Source: Vairimorpha necatrix (taxonomy: Eukaryota). Taken from it: 64,000 nt of DNA. How positions within the stretch are numbered: position 1 is the first letter of the stretch; each line of letters opens with the position of its first letter. Position numbers and translations under genes: made by a program. The DNA lies in the NCBI GenBank assembly GCA_036630325.1, contig CP142731.1, positions 248,001 to 312,000 on the forward strand. The letters are read 5' to 3'. This document shows, one piece after another, positions 50,624 through 63,700 of this stretch. The notes under the pieces are model-generated. The model ran no database searches, was not told where the DNA came from, and saw only the letters and a program-made list of their open reading frames with translations.

Positions 50624-51286
50624 TTAAGGTATTTGATCACAGGCCTCCCTAAATAACAATTCATAAGCATTAGATTCCAAAAAATAAGTAGTCTGGACAC
50701 CTCTATCCCCGCCATCGTCTTCTTTTAATGATACTGGGTTTTTGATGGGACATCCTGCTGCGGCCATAAGTGCATTAGCAAAAGTGAGTTCGAATTTTGA
50801 TCTTTCTGGTTCCACAAAAGTAGCAATACGACGAACACATGAAAGATTATCACCTTGTATTAAAAGTGGTACTTCCATATTCGCGTTACTAAAATGTTCA
50901 TAATATGTTGAAGACGGACAATTAAGAAATGTTATTATATTATTTTTAGTATTCATATTGTGTATTGCTTGTAAATGAGTAGCTATTATATCAATATTTT
51001 GTCCACATTCGTCAATGTCTATCCCTTTGGGCGGTTCAGTCAATACATTAATTGAGAATTCGATTGGCGAATATTTATTTGTAGCATCACTTAAAGCTCT
51101 TTGGTTTAGATTGTTTTCGAGCTTTTCTTTCACTTTGTTCATTGCTGTTTCTATATCCTCCATTCTTACTGAATATGAATCCTTCCCTCTTTCGCTGATA
51201 TAAATGTCTACAGGGACTTTCATTACATTTGTATTCTGAGCTTTTATTAATCTACTTAATAAAATAATACTTAGAACAGTTATCAT
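50624..51286 (-). CDS. Secreted Cys-containing protein, possibly spore-wall type
   Basis: Signal-like MITVLSIILLSRLIKA, 220 aa, 5 Cys; the family assignment is inference only. Confidence 0.8.
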   Translation of the reverse strand: MITVLSIILLSRLIKAQNTNVMKVPVDIYISERGKDSYSVRMEDIETAMNKVKEKLENNLNQRALSDATNKYSPIEFSINVLTEPPKGIDIDECGQNIDIIATHLQAIHNMNTKNNIITFLNCPSSTYYEHFSNANMEVPLLIQGDNLSCVRRIATFVEPERSKFELTFANALMAAAGCPIKNPVSLKEDDGGDRGVQTTYFLESNAYELLFREACDQIP

Positions 51287-51405
51287 TGTTTTTCAAAATC
51301 TAAAATATTTTTTATATTTCTAATTGAAACATGTTTCAATTAGTTTAAAAGAAGTTTCATAATTAATTTTTTATTGGTTAAAAAAAAATAAAAAAAATTT
51401 TTTTT

Positions 51406-52086
51406 TTATTTTTCTAATATTTCTTTATTAGCCAATCTTCCTTTTTCGTATTCACTTTTAAATTTCTCAGTATTTTCACTGGTATCAAATTTCACCAAAT
51501 AAAATTTTTTTTTGTTTGTTTCATCGTCCACAGTATCTTCAGTTGTGCACCAAACCCACCCATTATTTATATTTTCATTTTTTATTAATTTATGCCTTGG
51601 GTTTATATAATGATTACATCCGAATCTCATAATACTTTCTCTTATCATTACAACTTTGATCATCTCTGTTTCTTTTTCTTTATTTATCATTATGTCTCCA
51701 GGTCCTCTTTCTTCAAATTTCTTTTTTTCTTTATTAAAAATGTAGAGAAGACATTTCGATTTAAATAAAACTTCGTCTTTTAGATTAGATTCAATAAATT
51801 TCTCTTGTAATCCTTTTAGTTCCAAATCTTCTGAAGCAACAACTGGCTCATCATTTTTTTTTGTAATTGTAGAAGTTAAGAAAGAAGATTGTTTTCTAAT
51901 TGGTCCATTAGTTTGTTTTTCTTCCTCAACTTTTTCTTTATTTTCTTCCTTAACTTTCTCTTCTTCTTTAGTTTCTTCCTTGATTTGTTCTTCGTTTTTC
52001 ATTAATTGTTCGCTTTTCTCATTTTTCAAATGTTGTTCGCTTTCTTCATTTTTCATTTGTTTTTCGTTTTCCGTTGTGGTGCTCAT
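51406..52086 (-). CDS. YRB1: Ran-binding domain protein (RanBP1/Yrb1-like)
   Basis: DEVLFKSKCLLY...FEERGPGDI...VVMIRE...CNHYI...WVW; charged repetitive N-terminus; CCCC motif upstream. Confidence 0.85.
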   Translation of the reverse strand: MSTTTENEKQMKNEESEQHLKNEKSEQLMKNEEQIKEETKEEEKVKEENKEKVEEEKQTNGPIRKQSSFLTSTITKKNDEPVVASEDLELKGLQEKFIESNLKDEVLFKSKCLLYIFNKEKKKFEERGPGDIMINKEKETEMIKVVMIRESIMRFGCNHYINPRHKLIKNENINNGWVWCTTEDTVDDETNKKKFYLVKFDTSENTEKFKSEYEKGRLANKEILEK

Positions 52087-52212
52087 AAATTAAGGGGTCA
52101 GTAAATATCAAAATCTTAAAGTTACAATATTTTCTTTGCTTATTTTTCCTGTTTTTTTAATTGGTCACTTTTCTTACATTTATTTTTAAAAATTGAAAAT
52201 TCGTATTAAAGT

Positions 52213-53298
52213 ATGGATTTATTGACAGTTAAATTACAAAATGTACAATTAGATTTAAAAAACAGGAAGATACAAAGTAAGAAGAAGGAAATTAATTCAA
52301 CATTAAAAAGATTTTATTTTTTTAATATAGAGAAATATCAATATAATCTTAATAAGATTCGTTTAGTATTAAAAATTAACGACATTTTAAATAAATTAAA
52401 AACGAAAGTCAACAGTAAAGAAAATGTTAATCTTTCTTGTAAAATTCTAAAGAATAATATTTTGAACAGATTAAAGACATTTAAGAAGATAATAAATTTA
52501 AAAAAAGACAGATTTCAAAAAGACGCTAAATATAAATTAGAGAAAAAGATCAGCAAAAAATTGAGACTCTTATTAGAAGATATTGTAAAGAGAAGTGAAG
52601 GGTATATTTCAAAAGACGAAACGAATGAGACCAAGGAGATGTACGAAATGAGCAGTCTAGATTTTAATTTAGGAAATGCAATTAGTGAAAAATCAGAGAC
52701 ACAATACAAAGACAACTTGGCATTTCCGCATCTTTTCAATGAAGGCAAATGCCATGTAAACAACATGACAAAGAAAGATGAGACAACAAAAGATGACCGA
52801 AATATTATAGACAGATTAAAGGATAATACATCAGAATATAATATTAATACAATAATAAGAAACAAATTAGATGATAAAATAACAATAAACAAAGTAGAGA
52901 AACCAGATTATAAAAGTAAATTACAAAGGGTAAATAAATTTATAAAAAGCAGATTAGAAAAATTTAATAGAGCCATATTCAGAAATCTGTATAAATCTCT
53001 AAAAGGCCTCTACTCGGATATAGTAAAGTTAAATATCTTGACTACTCTAAAGGAACTACAATATTACATCAAAGGTAAAGAAAAATACACTAAAAGGGCA
53101 CCCAATAATACAAAACTGGCTTATGTATTGAAGAAAGGGAATGTAGAATCAGACAGAAGATTCTTACTTATGATAAATGACACGTTGAAAGATATTGAGA
53201 AATATAAAGATCCTATAATAGTGAGAATGGGAATACAATTTATTTTAGCGAAAAGATATGTAGAAGAATTAATTTATTTAAAAGATCAAAATGACTAA
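52213..53298 (+). CDS. Hypothetical basic/coiled-coil protein
   Basis: 361-aa ORF divergent from the RanBP1 gene. Confidence 0.75.
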   Translation: MDLLTVKLQNVQLDLKNRKIQSKKKEINSTLKRFYFFNIEKYQYNLNKIRLVLKINDILNKLKTKVNSKENVNLSCKILKNNILNRLKTFKKIINLKKDRFQKDAKYKLEKKISKKLRLLLEDIVKRSEGYISKDETNETKEMYEMSSLDFNLGNAISEKSETQYKDNLAFPHLFNEGKCHVNNMTKKDETTKDDRNIIDRLKDNTSEYNINTIIRNKLDDKITINKVEKPDYKSKLQRVNKFIKSRLEKFNRAIFRNLYKSLKGLYSDIVKLNILTTLKELQYYIKGKEKYTKRAPNNTKLAYVLKKGNVESDRRFLLMINDTLKDIEKYKDPIIVRMGIQFILAKRYVEELIYLKDQND

Positions 53299-53342
53299 AA
53301 AAAGAAAAATTATTTGTCTCTATTCAGGATCTTAAAAAAATG

Positions 53343-53457
53343 AAATTGAAAGATTGTAAAAAAATAAAATTTGAAATCGTAAATATCTTAGTTAAAGAAA
53401 TCAAATTGAAAGATTGTAAAAAAATAATATTTGAAATCGTAAAATATCTTAGTTAAA
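53343..53457. repeat. Two-copy ~60-bp tandem repeat
   Basis: AAATTGAAAGATTGTAAAAAAATAA-ATTTGAAATCGTAAATATCTTAGTTAAA at 53343 and 53403. Confidence 0.85.
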
Positions 53458-53657
53458 CCCCCAAATTTAAAAGATAAAAAATTGCACTTTACAATGTAAA
53501 ATTCATAAGTTTAAAAAGTTGACTTGACTACTTTAAAATAAACAAAAGAAGACATACTTTTTGGCACACTATTTAAATAAAGCTTAAAAAAGAGAATAAA
53601 AATTTTGCATTTTTTAATAAGACATTTTATTTTACATTTTTTTATTTTTCCCTCTTT

Positions 53658-54818
53658 ATGGAATCTCCAAATTTAGATTTATACTTTGACGATGAGAATT
53701 TGTTTGTTTTAAGAAACAAAATCTTATACAAATATGACCACACTGCTAATCTAATAGACCAACGCCCATGCGACTACATAATGATCAAAAAATTTATAAA
53801 CCACTATTATTTCTATGATGGATCAAATATTTATAAATCTTCCGATTTACATAACAATTTAGAAAACATTACTGAAAATTTATTAAAAGACAAAATTATA
53901 ATAGATTTCTATATCTATAATGATATCTTATATTACATTACTTTGGTAAATGATTCTTTATTTTACAATGATATGCCAATAATGGCATATTCTTGGTATG
54001 ATAAATATTTATTTTATTCTACTAATAATGGTACATATAAAGTAGACTTGGAATCTGATACTCACCAATCTGTAAATGATGTGTCGGCTACATTTATTTG
54101 TGCGACAAAAAATGTATTGATTTATTCTAGATTTTCTAAAATTTATATAGACACCGGTAAAAGTATCAGATCAGTACATAGACATGATAATTCTATTACA
54201 AATTTGTTTGTAAATGGGAATAATCTTTACGTCATGACTGACGACATTAAACTTAGCATTTTAGATATTTATAAAGATAATTTAAGGAATATTAATGAAT
54301 ATATTAGCACTAATAAGAAAATAATAAGATTTAAAGACTACATTGTTTTGCTAAATGAACTAGAATTGGTCTTTTATAATATCGAAGAATCAAAAGACAA
54401 TATTTTATATTATTTACCAAATACAACAAGTCTAAATATAACAAATGAAGAAGTAGAAGAAATGCATAGCGTCATTATAGAGCCAGTTTATTATCACGAT
54501 GACAAATTTACTGATATGAAAATGTATAAAGATATTATAATCCTGACTAATAATGAATATATCTGCAGTGTGTATAAAATCAAGAGATCTTTAGGCATTT
54601 TTTATACGGGGAAAAGTATTTGTGTAGTGTTCAGAAATAGAGTGGAGGTTTATAAAATGATTAATGGGAAATTGACATTTATGAGAAAACTTAAAAGTAT
54701 AAAACAGCAAATAGACGATATTATAGAGAAAGAAGATGTGTATTACTATGTTTCAGGAAAAAATCTGATTAAAAATGGCCTGATAAATCTGGTAATAGAC
54801 ACGGAATATAAAAAATAA
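53658..54818 (+). CDS. Hypothetical protein, probable divergent WD40/beta-propeller
   Basis: 386 aa of short beta-strand-like segments; SVHRHDNSITNL resembles a WD40 GH region; CCC before the ATG. Confidence 0.7.
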   Translation: MESPNLDLYFDDENLFVLRNKILYKYDHTANLIDQRPCDYIMIKKFINHYYFYDGSNIYKSSDLHNNLENITENLLKDKIIIDFYIYNDILYYITLVNDSLFYNDMPIMAYSWYDKYLFYSTNNGTYKVDLESDTHQSVNDVSATFICATKNVLIYSRFSKIYIDTGKSIRSVHRHDNSITNLFVNGNNLYVMTDDIKLSILDIYKDNLRNINEYISTNKKIIRFKDYIVLLNELELVFYNIEESKDNILYYLPNTTSLNITNEEVEEMHSVIIEPVYYHDDKFTDMKMYKDIIILTNNEYICSVYKIKRSLGIFYTGKSICVVFRNRVEVYKMINGKLTFMRKLKSIKQQIDDIIEKEDVYYYVSGKNLIKNGLINLVIDTEYKK

Positions 54819-55261
54819 ACAATTTATAAATTAAAGACTTTTCAATTTTATATATAAAAAACAACAAAATATTTATTTAGCATAAAAAGGAAAGAAAATT
54901 TAGAAAGCATAAAAAATAAAATGCAAAATAACAACATTAAAAAAAACACAAAAGATCAAAGATAAACAAGTTTTAAATATATAAAAAGATTACAGTTTCC
55001 TGTGGTATTGTCATTTGCAAGAAAAATACAAAGTAATCATAAAAATTGCACTAAACGTTGGTGGGTCATGTCATTTTTTTTCAAAAAATACATATTTTAA
55101 ATAGTGTATAATACGGCATTAAACATTCTTACAATGCAATAAACACATTTAGTTATAAAGTTTTGACTTTTGAAGATATTTTAAGCGCGTGTATTGGCGT
55201 AAAAAATTCGACTCACAATATATAGTTGATAATGGCAAAAAAAAATTTATTTTTCTAGGCA

Positions 55262-55957
55262 TTAAATTAGATGAATGTTCTTTTGTTGCACAAAATTGTC
55301 AAGTTTTTTCTTGACAACCTTTGGTAATTTACTTATGTCCTTTACAATCGGCCTTTTAGTCGTAAACGGCGTAGAATTCTTATTGTTCTTTTCATCAACG
55401 ATAACTTTAATTTTATGATGTTTCTTTGTATTAAATAATTGTCGAACAATATCTTCACAGTCTTTATCTGTTGTCAAATCTTTGTCATTATTGACCATGT
55501 TCATTGTATTTTTTACTTTATAAAATTCATTAATATTAGCATATTTTAATATCGACAACAAATCACGATTTACTAAATATTCCATAAAAGTCCATTCAAT
55601 CGGGTATTCTGTGAAATGTGGTAGACTAGAAATATACTGTAAAACGAAAGTTTTAAACTCAGCAAATAATTCTCTTTTTTTAATATTATTATTGGCTAGT
55701 ACATTATCTAAATTTTTTTTTATTTGTGGATTCTTACAAAAATTTAAGAAGTATTCTCTAACTGCTTTGTTAAAATGATTATGTTTAATATGGCGAAGTT
55801 TATGTTTTTTTTGATCCAGGTCTGTATTTATAAAAACATTTTCATTGGGCGACAATGGAAACGTTTTCTCAATGTTTTTAGTTTGTTCTTTGGCGATGGG
55901 AAGGATAGAGTTGCGTACAGTACAAATATGAACAATAAAATATAAAAAACAATACAT
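55262..55957 (-). CDS. Hypothetical secreted protein
   Basis: 231 aa, hydrophobic N-terminus, CCC motif 2 nt before the ATG. Confidence 0.78.
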   Translation of the reverse strand: MYCFLYFIVHICTVRNSILPIAKEQTKNIEKTFPLSPNENVFINTDLDQKKHKLRHIKHNHFNKAVREYFLNFCKNPQIKKNLDNVLANNNIKKRELFAEFKTFVLQYISSLPHFTEYPIEWTFMEYLVNRDLLSILKYANINEFYKVKNTMNMVNNDKDLTTDKDCEDIVRQLFNTKKHHKIKVIVDEKNNKNSTPFTTKRPIVKDISKLPKVVKKKLDNFVQQKNIHLI

Positions 55958-58232
55958 ATGGGTATTAATTGTTCGTTAAAGTAAATTTTGTTGTGTGTTA
56001 TGACGCGTTTAAATTCAATGACACTGTATTGAGTAAATAGTTTAATTTAAGGTAAAGGTTATGACCATTTAGAACTCTTTCTATGCTGTTCTAGCAAAAT
56101 CTATTATTGAGTTTTTTAAGATCTATACTTTACTATCCCAATTCAACTTTTGTCTTCAATAGCTAGTTCTTATAGTCGAAATTTTAACTTAATTTTTCGA
56201 TAGAAAGACGACTGGTCTAAAATATTATACTTGTGAATTATACCTACAGTTTTTTAAGTCTTTTCGTGAATAAAAATCCATAATTCGAAGAATATCTCGA
56301 CGAAGATACAAAAAATTCTGTTTATTTTGATTCATACCTCGATTTAAGCTTATACTTTCTATTATTGAGTGAAAAAAATTTAAAATAAAGTGCCGCCCGA
56401 ATAAAATGTTCTTGTTAACGGGGGTTCAGTCATTGCAAAAATCTACAAAAAATTGATCAATTATTCATAAATTTACGCATTTATATATGAGCTAAGATTC
56501 GTATTAAATTGTATCAATAATAAAATTTATTTTAAAGTTATTTACTTACAGATAGTTCTATGATAATGTTTCAAACGTCCATATTGAACCTTTTATGAAT
56601 GTTCAATCATCTTGTGATTAGTTAAAATTTAATATTTGTTATTTTCATTATTGATAATATCAATGTAATCGATTAACCATTCATAATAAAATATTCTAAT
56701 CAGACCAATCTATTGATAAACATATATGTATTAAAAAATTATCATAGTTTACTAAAAAATTTTTATTTGAAATGTAAATATTATTGTTTTTAGATAGTAT
56801 ATTATCAATTATGAATTAGTAATTTCTTTTTATACTAAAAATGCAATCTCTAATCATATTAATTAAAAAACATTGAAAACATCGAAACATACCATAATAA
56901 TATCATATTATGCTTTTTTATGTAAACCAAATCCCTCAATTTAAATGAACCATTTGATCTGTTTGTTTATTGTCTCAGTAATAAATAATTTAAGCTAAAA
57001 GAAACTAAAATACATAAAAAATTTACATGGGAATTGGACAAAAAATTTGTTAATTATAAAAGCCGTATCACATTCAATGCACATATGTTGTATGATTTTG
57101 CGAGTCAATAAAGAACTTTGCTACTTTTAAAATACAAATTATTAAATCTATCTAGGTGTACGTATTCCCGTGATTTTTTTCCCAATTACGCCTAGCTCTT
57201 ATTAAATTATAATATGCTAACACAAATAGTATATAACAAAAGTGGATCGTAAACCTCGTGAAAAAATATAAAATACTATAGACTTCTTGATCTTATTTCG
57301 ACATCATTATACTAAACGAATTGAAAAATATAATCTAAAGTAACTTATTTTTTTTTAATCTTAAAATCAAAATTTTATGATTAAACTCTTAACACATTGT
57401 TTGTAACAATTTAACTGGATGTTGTTTGTTTGATTATCTCTTAAATGCTTGAAATTTTTAATCAATATAGATGATCCGTTTTTTTTATTTTATTAATTTG
57501 TCTTTAACATGGCAATAATCATTTGAAATTAAACGAAAAAGGTATTATATGACTCACAAGAATCAACCATTAGCAGTAAAAAATAACAAAATATGTATTT
57601 ATCCTTAAAATAACGCAACTAAATTCATACATAAAAATTATAAAAATCTTGTGACTAAACACATGGACAATTATAAAAAAATGTTGTAACCAAAGCCGCT
57701 TGTGCCGATAAATGTAAGATTTAGATTTTATTTATATCTAAAAAATACAAATCATGAGTTTTTACGACACTTTTTATAAAAAGAAAACACGAAGTGGATT
57801 TGTGAATTTGTTCTATAATTATTTATAATCTTTTAAAATTTGAATTAAATGAGACAAATAAATAGCTTTTAAAAGTGGAATATAAAAAAAATAATTACAA
57901 AAACTACTATACATCAACAGCTAGCTTTTCAAAATGATATACTTTGGTTCATAAAAATAATAATCTTTAAATTATTTGCATTTTTTAATAAAAATAAAAC
58001 TTAAATGTTTTCTTAATTAATTTAATATTTACTTTCATATATATTGAATCTTAGTATGAGAAACTATACATTCAAAAGGTATTTTACGTAGACAAGTCAT
58101 TTGATTATCTTTGAATATTTATAACAATTAATCGTTTTTTTTGACAGTTACAAAAGTATACTTTATTGAGGGGTGATGTTTTTGACATCAATAATATAAA
58201 TGTGAAGATCGTTAAAAATTTAACTTTAAAAT

Positions 58233-59009
58233 ATGATTTATTTTTTCTTTATCATATCTGATTATGAGTACTCTTCAATTATTTAATTCTCAGAAATTTA
58301 ATCATAAAACGGCTGTATTAAAGTTAAATACTGTCACTCTTCCAGAAATCTTTTCTGTAGAACTTTACATCTCAGAAGACGAAAATGTATCCAGAATCCA
58401 TGCAAAGAATTTAATGAGTCTCTAGATGACAATATTTTTGATGACATGGATAATTTGGTAAATTTGCACTGCAATTATAATCGACTGAATACTATGATTT
58501 TTTACAACAAATTTATTCCGTTTAAGGTAAGATTGCCAAAGTGTTATAAAAGATATAGATTCGATAATAATTGAATTTAAACAAATTCATCTTGTGGTTA
58601 ATAGTTTTTGTGCTTCAAGAGTACATTGTGACTAGTAAAAAATAGAATGACAAGCTAATTTTTGAAAATAATATTAACCTATGACGACGATTGTGATAAA
58701 TTTGACTCTTATTTTGAAATTAGGTTTTTGAAAAGTACTGACGATAAAAAATTTAACAATATCAAAACCGAACAGGAAATCATATCCCGTACTGAAAATG
58801 ATAAAATAAAAAATATAGAAACTCAACAAAATAAAGATGATACAACTAATAAAAACTCGGAGATCAAAAACAATTCTGATAGTTCCGAAGCGAATACAAA
58901 ATCAGGGAAAGAGATCCCCAGTGATAATGGATCAAATATCCCATATATTTTCATTGGTTCGTTGCTAACTATATTTATTTTTTTTTTATTTACAAATAAA
59001 TATTCTTAG
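58233..59009 (+). pseudogene. Decayed type-I membrane protein gene
   Basis: ORF 58662-59009 ends in a low-complexity stalk plus a TM-like segment (IPYIFIGSLLTIFIFFLF); the upstream coding-like sequence is broken. Confidence 0.45.
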
Positions 59010-60696
59010 AAGTTTATTTAAATGTTATTTTCATATTGATACAAAAGCCTAAATGTGTATGACGCATAATGACACAACGCGGGACTCATTTTTTAAAATA
59101 AATATACGTTATAATGAGGAGAAACAAACAAATTTAGATTGTAATATTTATTAAATCGTATTTTTTTTTGTGTCACATCAAATTACAGACTGAGTAATAT
59201 CTTTAGAGCTGTTATTTTATTTTTATTTGTTTTTCCAAAATGTTATCTATTTCGTTTTAATTTTTTCTGTAGTTGTTCCTACATGGTTCTTTTTAATATT
59301 TTGACTATATGTCTATAATGATCAAAACAATGTGCTATAGCAGTTTTTTTTTCTAATATGTTCTTTTCTCTAATATCAGACGACATACAAAAAAAGTATA
59401 GTAAGCATTTTAAAAGAATATAGATAAGATAAAACATTAACATGTGCTTTTTATAATAACATTAGTGTTTTTGTTTGTTTTATGTAAATGGGAGCTATTT
59501 GGTCGGTTTTCGATTCGAACTAAGAAGAATACGATTGTGAAACTTAAAAATTTTTAAATAGAAAAAATTTATGACGAGAAATATCTAAGAAGGTAAAAGC
59601 GTACATCAAGACGATCACGCCGAAGAAGACGCTAGAAAGCATTTTTCTGGATTATCGAAGAAAAGAGATTAAGCCGATGTGAAAATGAGTATGGAGCCTA
59701 GAAGTTACCTACAAGCAAGAGACGCTAACGCGGAACCTATTCTCGTGAAATCAAAATATAAACTACATTAAGCATACCCCAATATAAATCATTCATTTAT
59801 GGCGAAATATTCTACGATATAAAAAATCTGTATGCTATCTAAATTTTAGAAACCACAATTAAAGTATGATTTGTCCGGGTAATTAAAGGTGTGCTTCTAA
59901 ATGATTTTTTATATTTGAAATCTTCGAAACAAATTTCAACATAAATATTAAAAAAAAGAAAATTAAAAAGAATAAATTCTAGTACGACCATTTATTAAAA
60001 TTTATATTATGCTTCTTTTTTTAACATTGTTTTAGAAATAATATAACCAAAAAAATAATATATAGTATTTATTTTTATAATTGCTTTCATTGTATGGAAC
60101 TTTTTGTATTCAAATGAAAGGCAATTTTTTCTTGTAATTCTATTAAATAGATTACAAAAAATAATAGCAAACATATTTGTACAACGCGTAATGTAGATTC
60201 GATTCTTTAATTCTTAAAATAATATGCGAAATATGAAGATTAGCAGTCAATGCATAGTGTATCCAAACCCCCATTAAATACATATATAGTTAGAATATTT
60301 TATCATTAAAAATACTTATACTAGAGTAATTTACTGTAAATTGAGATAAAATTGTTTTTTTGGTACTGCTTGTATTTATGAAATTATATCAATTATAAAT
60401 TCTTATCCAAAGGTAATCTTTCAATTTTCTTAGATTATAGAAATACCACCAAAAAAACATTTAACTAGATATATAAAGAATGTATTAAAAAATTTAATGA
60501 TGCGTTATATTTTACTTAGATTAACTAAAGGGATTATAGCTTTTTCGTAAAAAATCAGCATTTTTATTAAGTAGTTATGTGATATTAATTATTTATACTT
60601 TAATTTTTTTCTTAATATATTGATTTTAAGTATAAATTCCTATGATCACGCTTTATTTTCTTCTATTAAAAATCGGAAGATGAATATGTCATAAAA

Positions 60697-60734
60697 TGTT
60701 AACCATTTATTTATTAAGGGTTCTAAACCCTACA
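60697..60734 (-). repeat. 3' LTR of element C (38 bp; contains the ORF stop)
   Basis: Identical to 63734-63771; bounded by the PPT and the TSD. Confidence 0.93.
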
Positions 60735-63700
60735 TCCCCCCTCCAGACGGGTAGTCTCTCCATCTTCTAAACAACTCTTCCTTATCTCTTTCAAATCATA
60801 ATGCCTCTTTTTAACAATTTTACCATCCAGTAGTCTCACAATATATGAATCATTTTCACTTATAGCTACGATCCTTCCGCGACCCGTGAATCTTCCCTTG
60901 TCTGTTTTCGCACGTGTACCTAAATTTTCTCTCCTAGCGATTCTTACCTCTTGGCCTACTGTAAATGTCTCTCTGTGTCTTCTCTTGAACCGACCAGCAT
61001 ATTTTCCATTTTCATCATTTTCAATTATAACTTCAGCAGTTTGATCTCTCCACGCTTCCATCGGCGTACATTTTATTGCTGTATGTAGTGTATTATTATA
61101 TCCTTTGATTGCTCTTTCTATCTTTTCAGAAATATTCCCATCATTTTGCTTTATCAATGTCTCTCTTATAGTTCTGATGCATCTCTCGATTCTACCATTA
61201 CTCCTATGAGCTTCTAAGCCCACTTTCCTATGTTTAATATCATTAATACTACACCATTCTTTAAATCTATTACTTACAAACTCTTTTCCGTTGTCTGTCA
61301 CATATTCCTCTGGAAATCCATCTTCCCTTATCCACTTTTGTAATACCTCTATAACTTCACTACTCTCTTTACATCTCAAATTCGAACCCCACAACCTTCT
61401 AGTAAAGTAATCAATACCCAGTAACACATACCTATTCTCTCCACCTATGTCCATTAAATCCAACGCCACTTTCTCCAATTTCTTTCTAGTTACTACGAAA
61501 TCACATCCTCCTGTGTTTTTCCTATTGTTAATCCCACATATTTCACAATTCTTAATTACATTATTAATATGATCTTTCATACCAGGCCAATACCATCTTT
61601 GTTTAATGTTATAATAAGTGCCTTTGACACCTCTATGGTTTAACTCCTCATGTACTCTTGTTATTTCATGTTCTCTACTATCTAGGCTCAATATCTCTTT
61701 CACCTCACCTGTGGAAAATTCCCAATACTGTTTACCGTCCTTTTCTTTAATATGTTTCTGCTTTTTTCCCAAAATTTGTTTTTCGATCACTTCTTTTCTC
61801 TTGTTGTCCTTTTCTTTTTGTTCATCCGAAACTTCTACCTGATCATACTGCCTACTTAACGCATCTGCATCTGTCATCAACTCCCCTTTCACATACTCTA
61901 TTGTAAAGTCAAACTCTTGTATCTGTTCTACCCATCTGTTTATTCTGTTATTATTGAAGTATGGCTTATTTCTGATCTCTGCTAATGCTTTATGATCCGT
62001 CATCAAATGAAATTTCCTTCCTCTCAAATCACTTTCAAACTTCTTTATTCCAAAAAACACCGCCAACATCTCCTTCTCACTTATCGTATATCTTCGCTCG
62101 GTAGGAGTCAACATTTTCGATGCCCATTGTATCGGAATCCACTCACCCTCTTTATTTTCTTGTAATAGAATTGCTCCGATCCCCGTATCACACGCATCAG
62201 TTCTTACTCTAAATAGCTTTTTTCCGTCCGGAATCTTCAACTTTTTCATATCTCTCAAGCCTTGCTTCATATCCTCAAAAGCTCTTTCCATATCCTCCGT
62301 CCAATTCCACTTAACATCTTTCTTTAAAGCCTCAGTAAGCCTTACTGTTCTATACGCATAGTTGGGAATAAAGTCTCTAAACCAACCAGTTAGTCCTAAA
62401 AATCTTCTTAACTCTCTAACATTCTCAGGTTTTCTATATTCCAATGTCTCCTGCTTTTTAATCTCATTCGGTCCCATGACCTCCCCATTAATTGTTACTC
62501 CCAGCAACATCACCTCATCTTTTTTGTATTGTATCTTTGTTTGGTTTATTCTCAACCCACACTCTTTAAACTTTTTAATTACCCTCTCTAGTAACTCGTC
62601 ATGCACTCTTACGTCTTTACCATGAATAACTATATCATCCATATATACTTCCACGCCTTTACCTCTGAATTCATCTAAAACTCTGTTCATTACTCTCTGC
62701 ATTATATGAGGCGAATTCTTAAACCCCATAACCATACTATTCCATTCGTATACTCGACCATTCACTTCAAATGCTGTTTTGTGCTTATGGTGCTCCTCAA
62801 TCTCAATATGATAAAACCCTTCTTTTAAGTCGATAACCGTAAATACTTTTGACCCCTGTGTGGCTCTCATAATATCCTTAATTAACGGTAGTGAGTACGG
62901 GTCCTTGTCAACCAAATCGTTTAACGCCATCAAATTGCTTACCAATCTTACGTCCCCATTTGGGTTTTCAAGTGCTCTTATTGGACTCCTCCACTCACTT
63001 TTGGAACGTCTTATAACCCCTCTATTTTCCAACTTATTCAAGTACTCCTCAAATTTCACCCTAAGGTAGTATGGCACATTCTGCCCTCTTTTCACAACCT
63101 TTTCACCTTGCTTAGTATTTATTGGACACTTCTCTCCTGTGAGATATTTTATCTTTTCTTCTGATTCTTTAAAAACTTCCGGATACTTTTCAATTAAATT
63201 TTCTAACTTATTTACTGTTTTACATCTTTTCCCTTCATTGTTGATAATTGGTTCTTTCTGTAAAACTTGTTCCTTTTTAATTTTATATTTTTCCCTACCA
63301 GCTACACTTTCATGACATTCTCTAGCGTAATGCCCTTCTTTCTTACATATAAAACATTTTGTAGTTTCTCTGATTTCTCTTCTTTTCCTATACATCCTAA
63401 GATTTTCTTTTCTTTCTTCCCTAAACTCTTTCAACACTTTATCCATAATCTCTTTAATCATTTCTTGTCTTTCTTCTGACTCTCTCTCAAATTCTGCTCC
63501 TTTTTGTAAGCCTTTATAAATTTCCTCCCAACTGCTCCTTCCGTCACAAAAATTTTCAAAAATATAATCCTGCAAGTTCGCAGATGCCAAATCCATAACA
63601 TCTTTCCACTCAACTTTCTCAACTTTCAATATTAACTTTAGTCTCTTATCTATCCTAATTGCCTCTTTCTCTAATGTTCTAGCCTCTTGACTACGGGACT

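Noticed and set aside
59488-59900. GC-richer coding-like patch
   Set aside because: No sustained ORF or identifiable motif; it cannot be assigned.
62175-62205. DTG as a protease active site in element C
   Set aside because: It lies in the RNase H motif TDACDTGIGA, not in a protease context.
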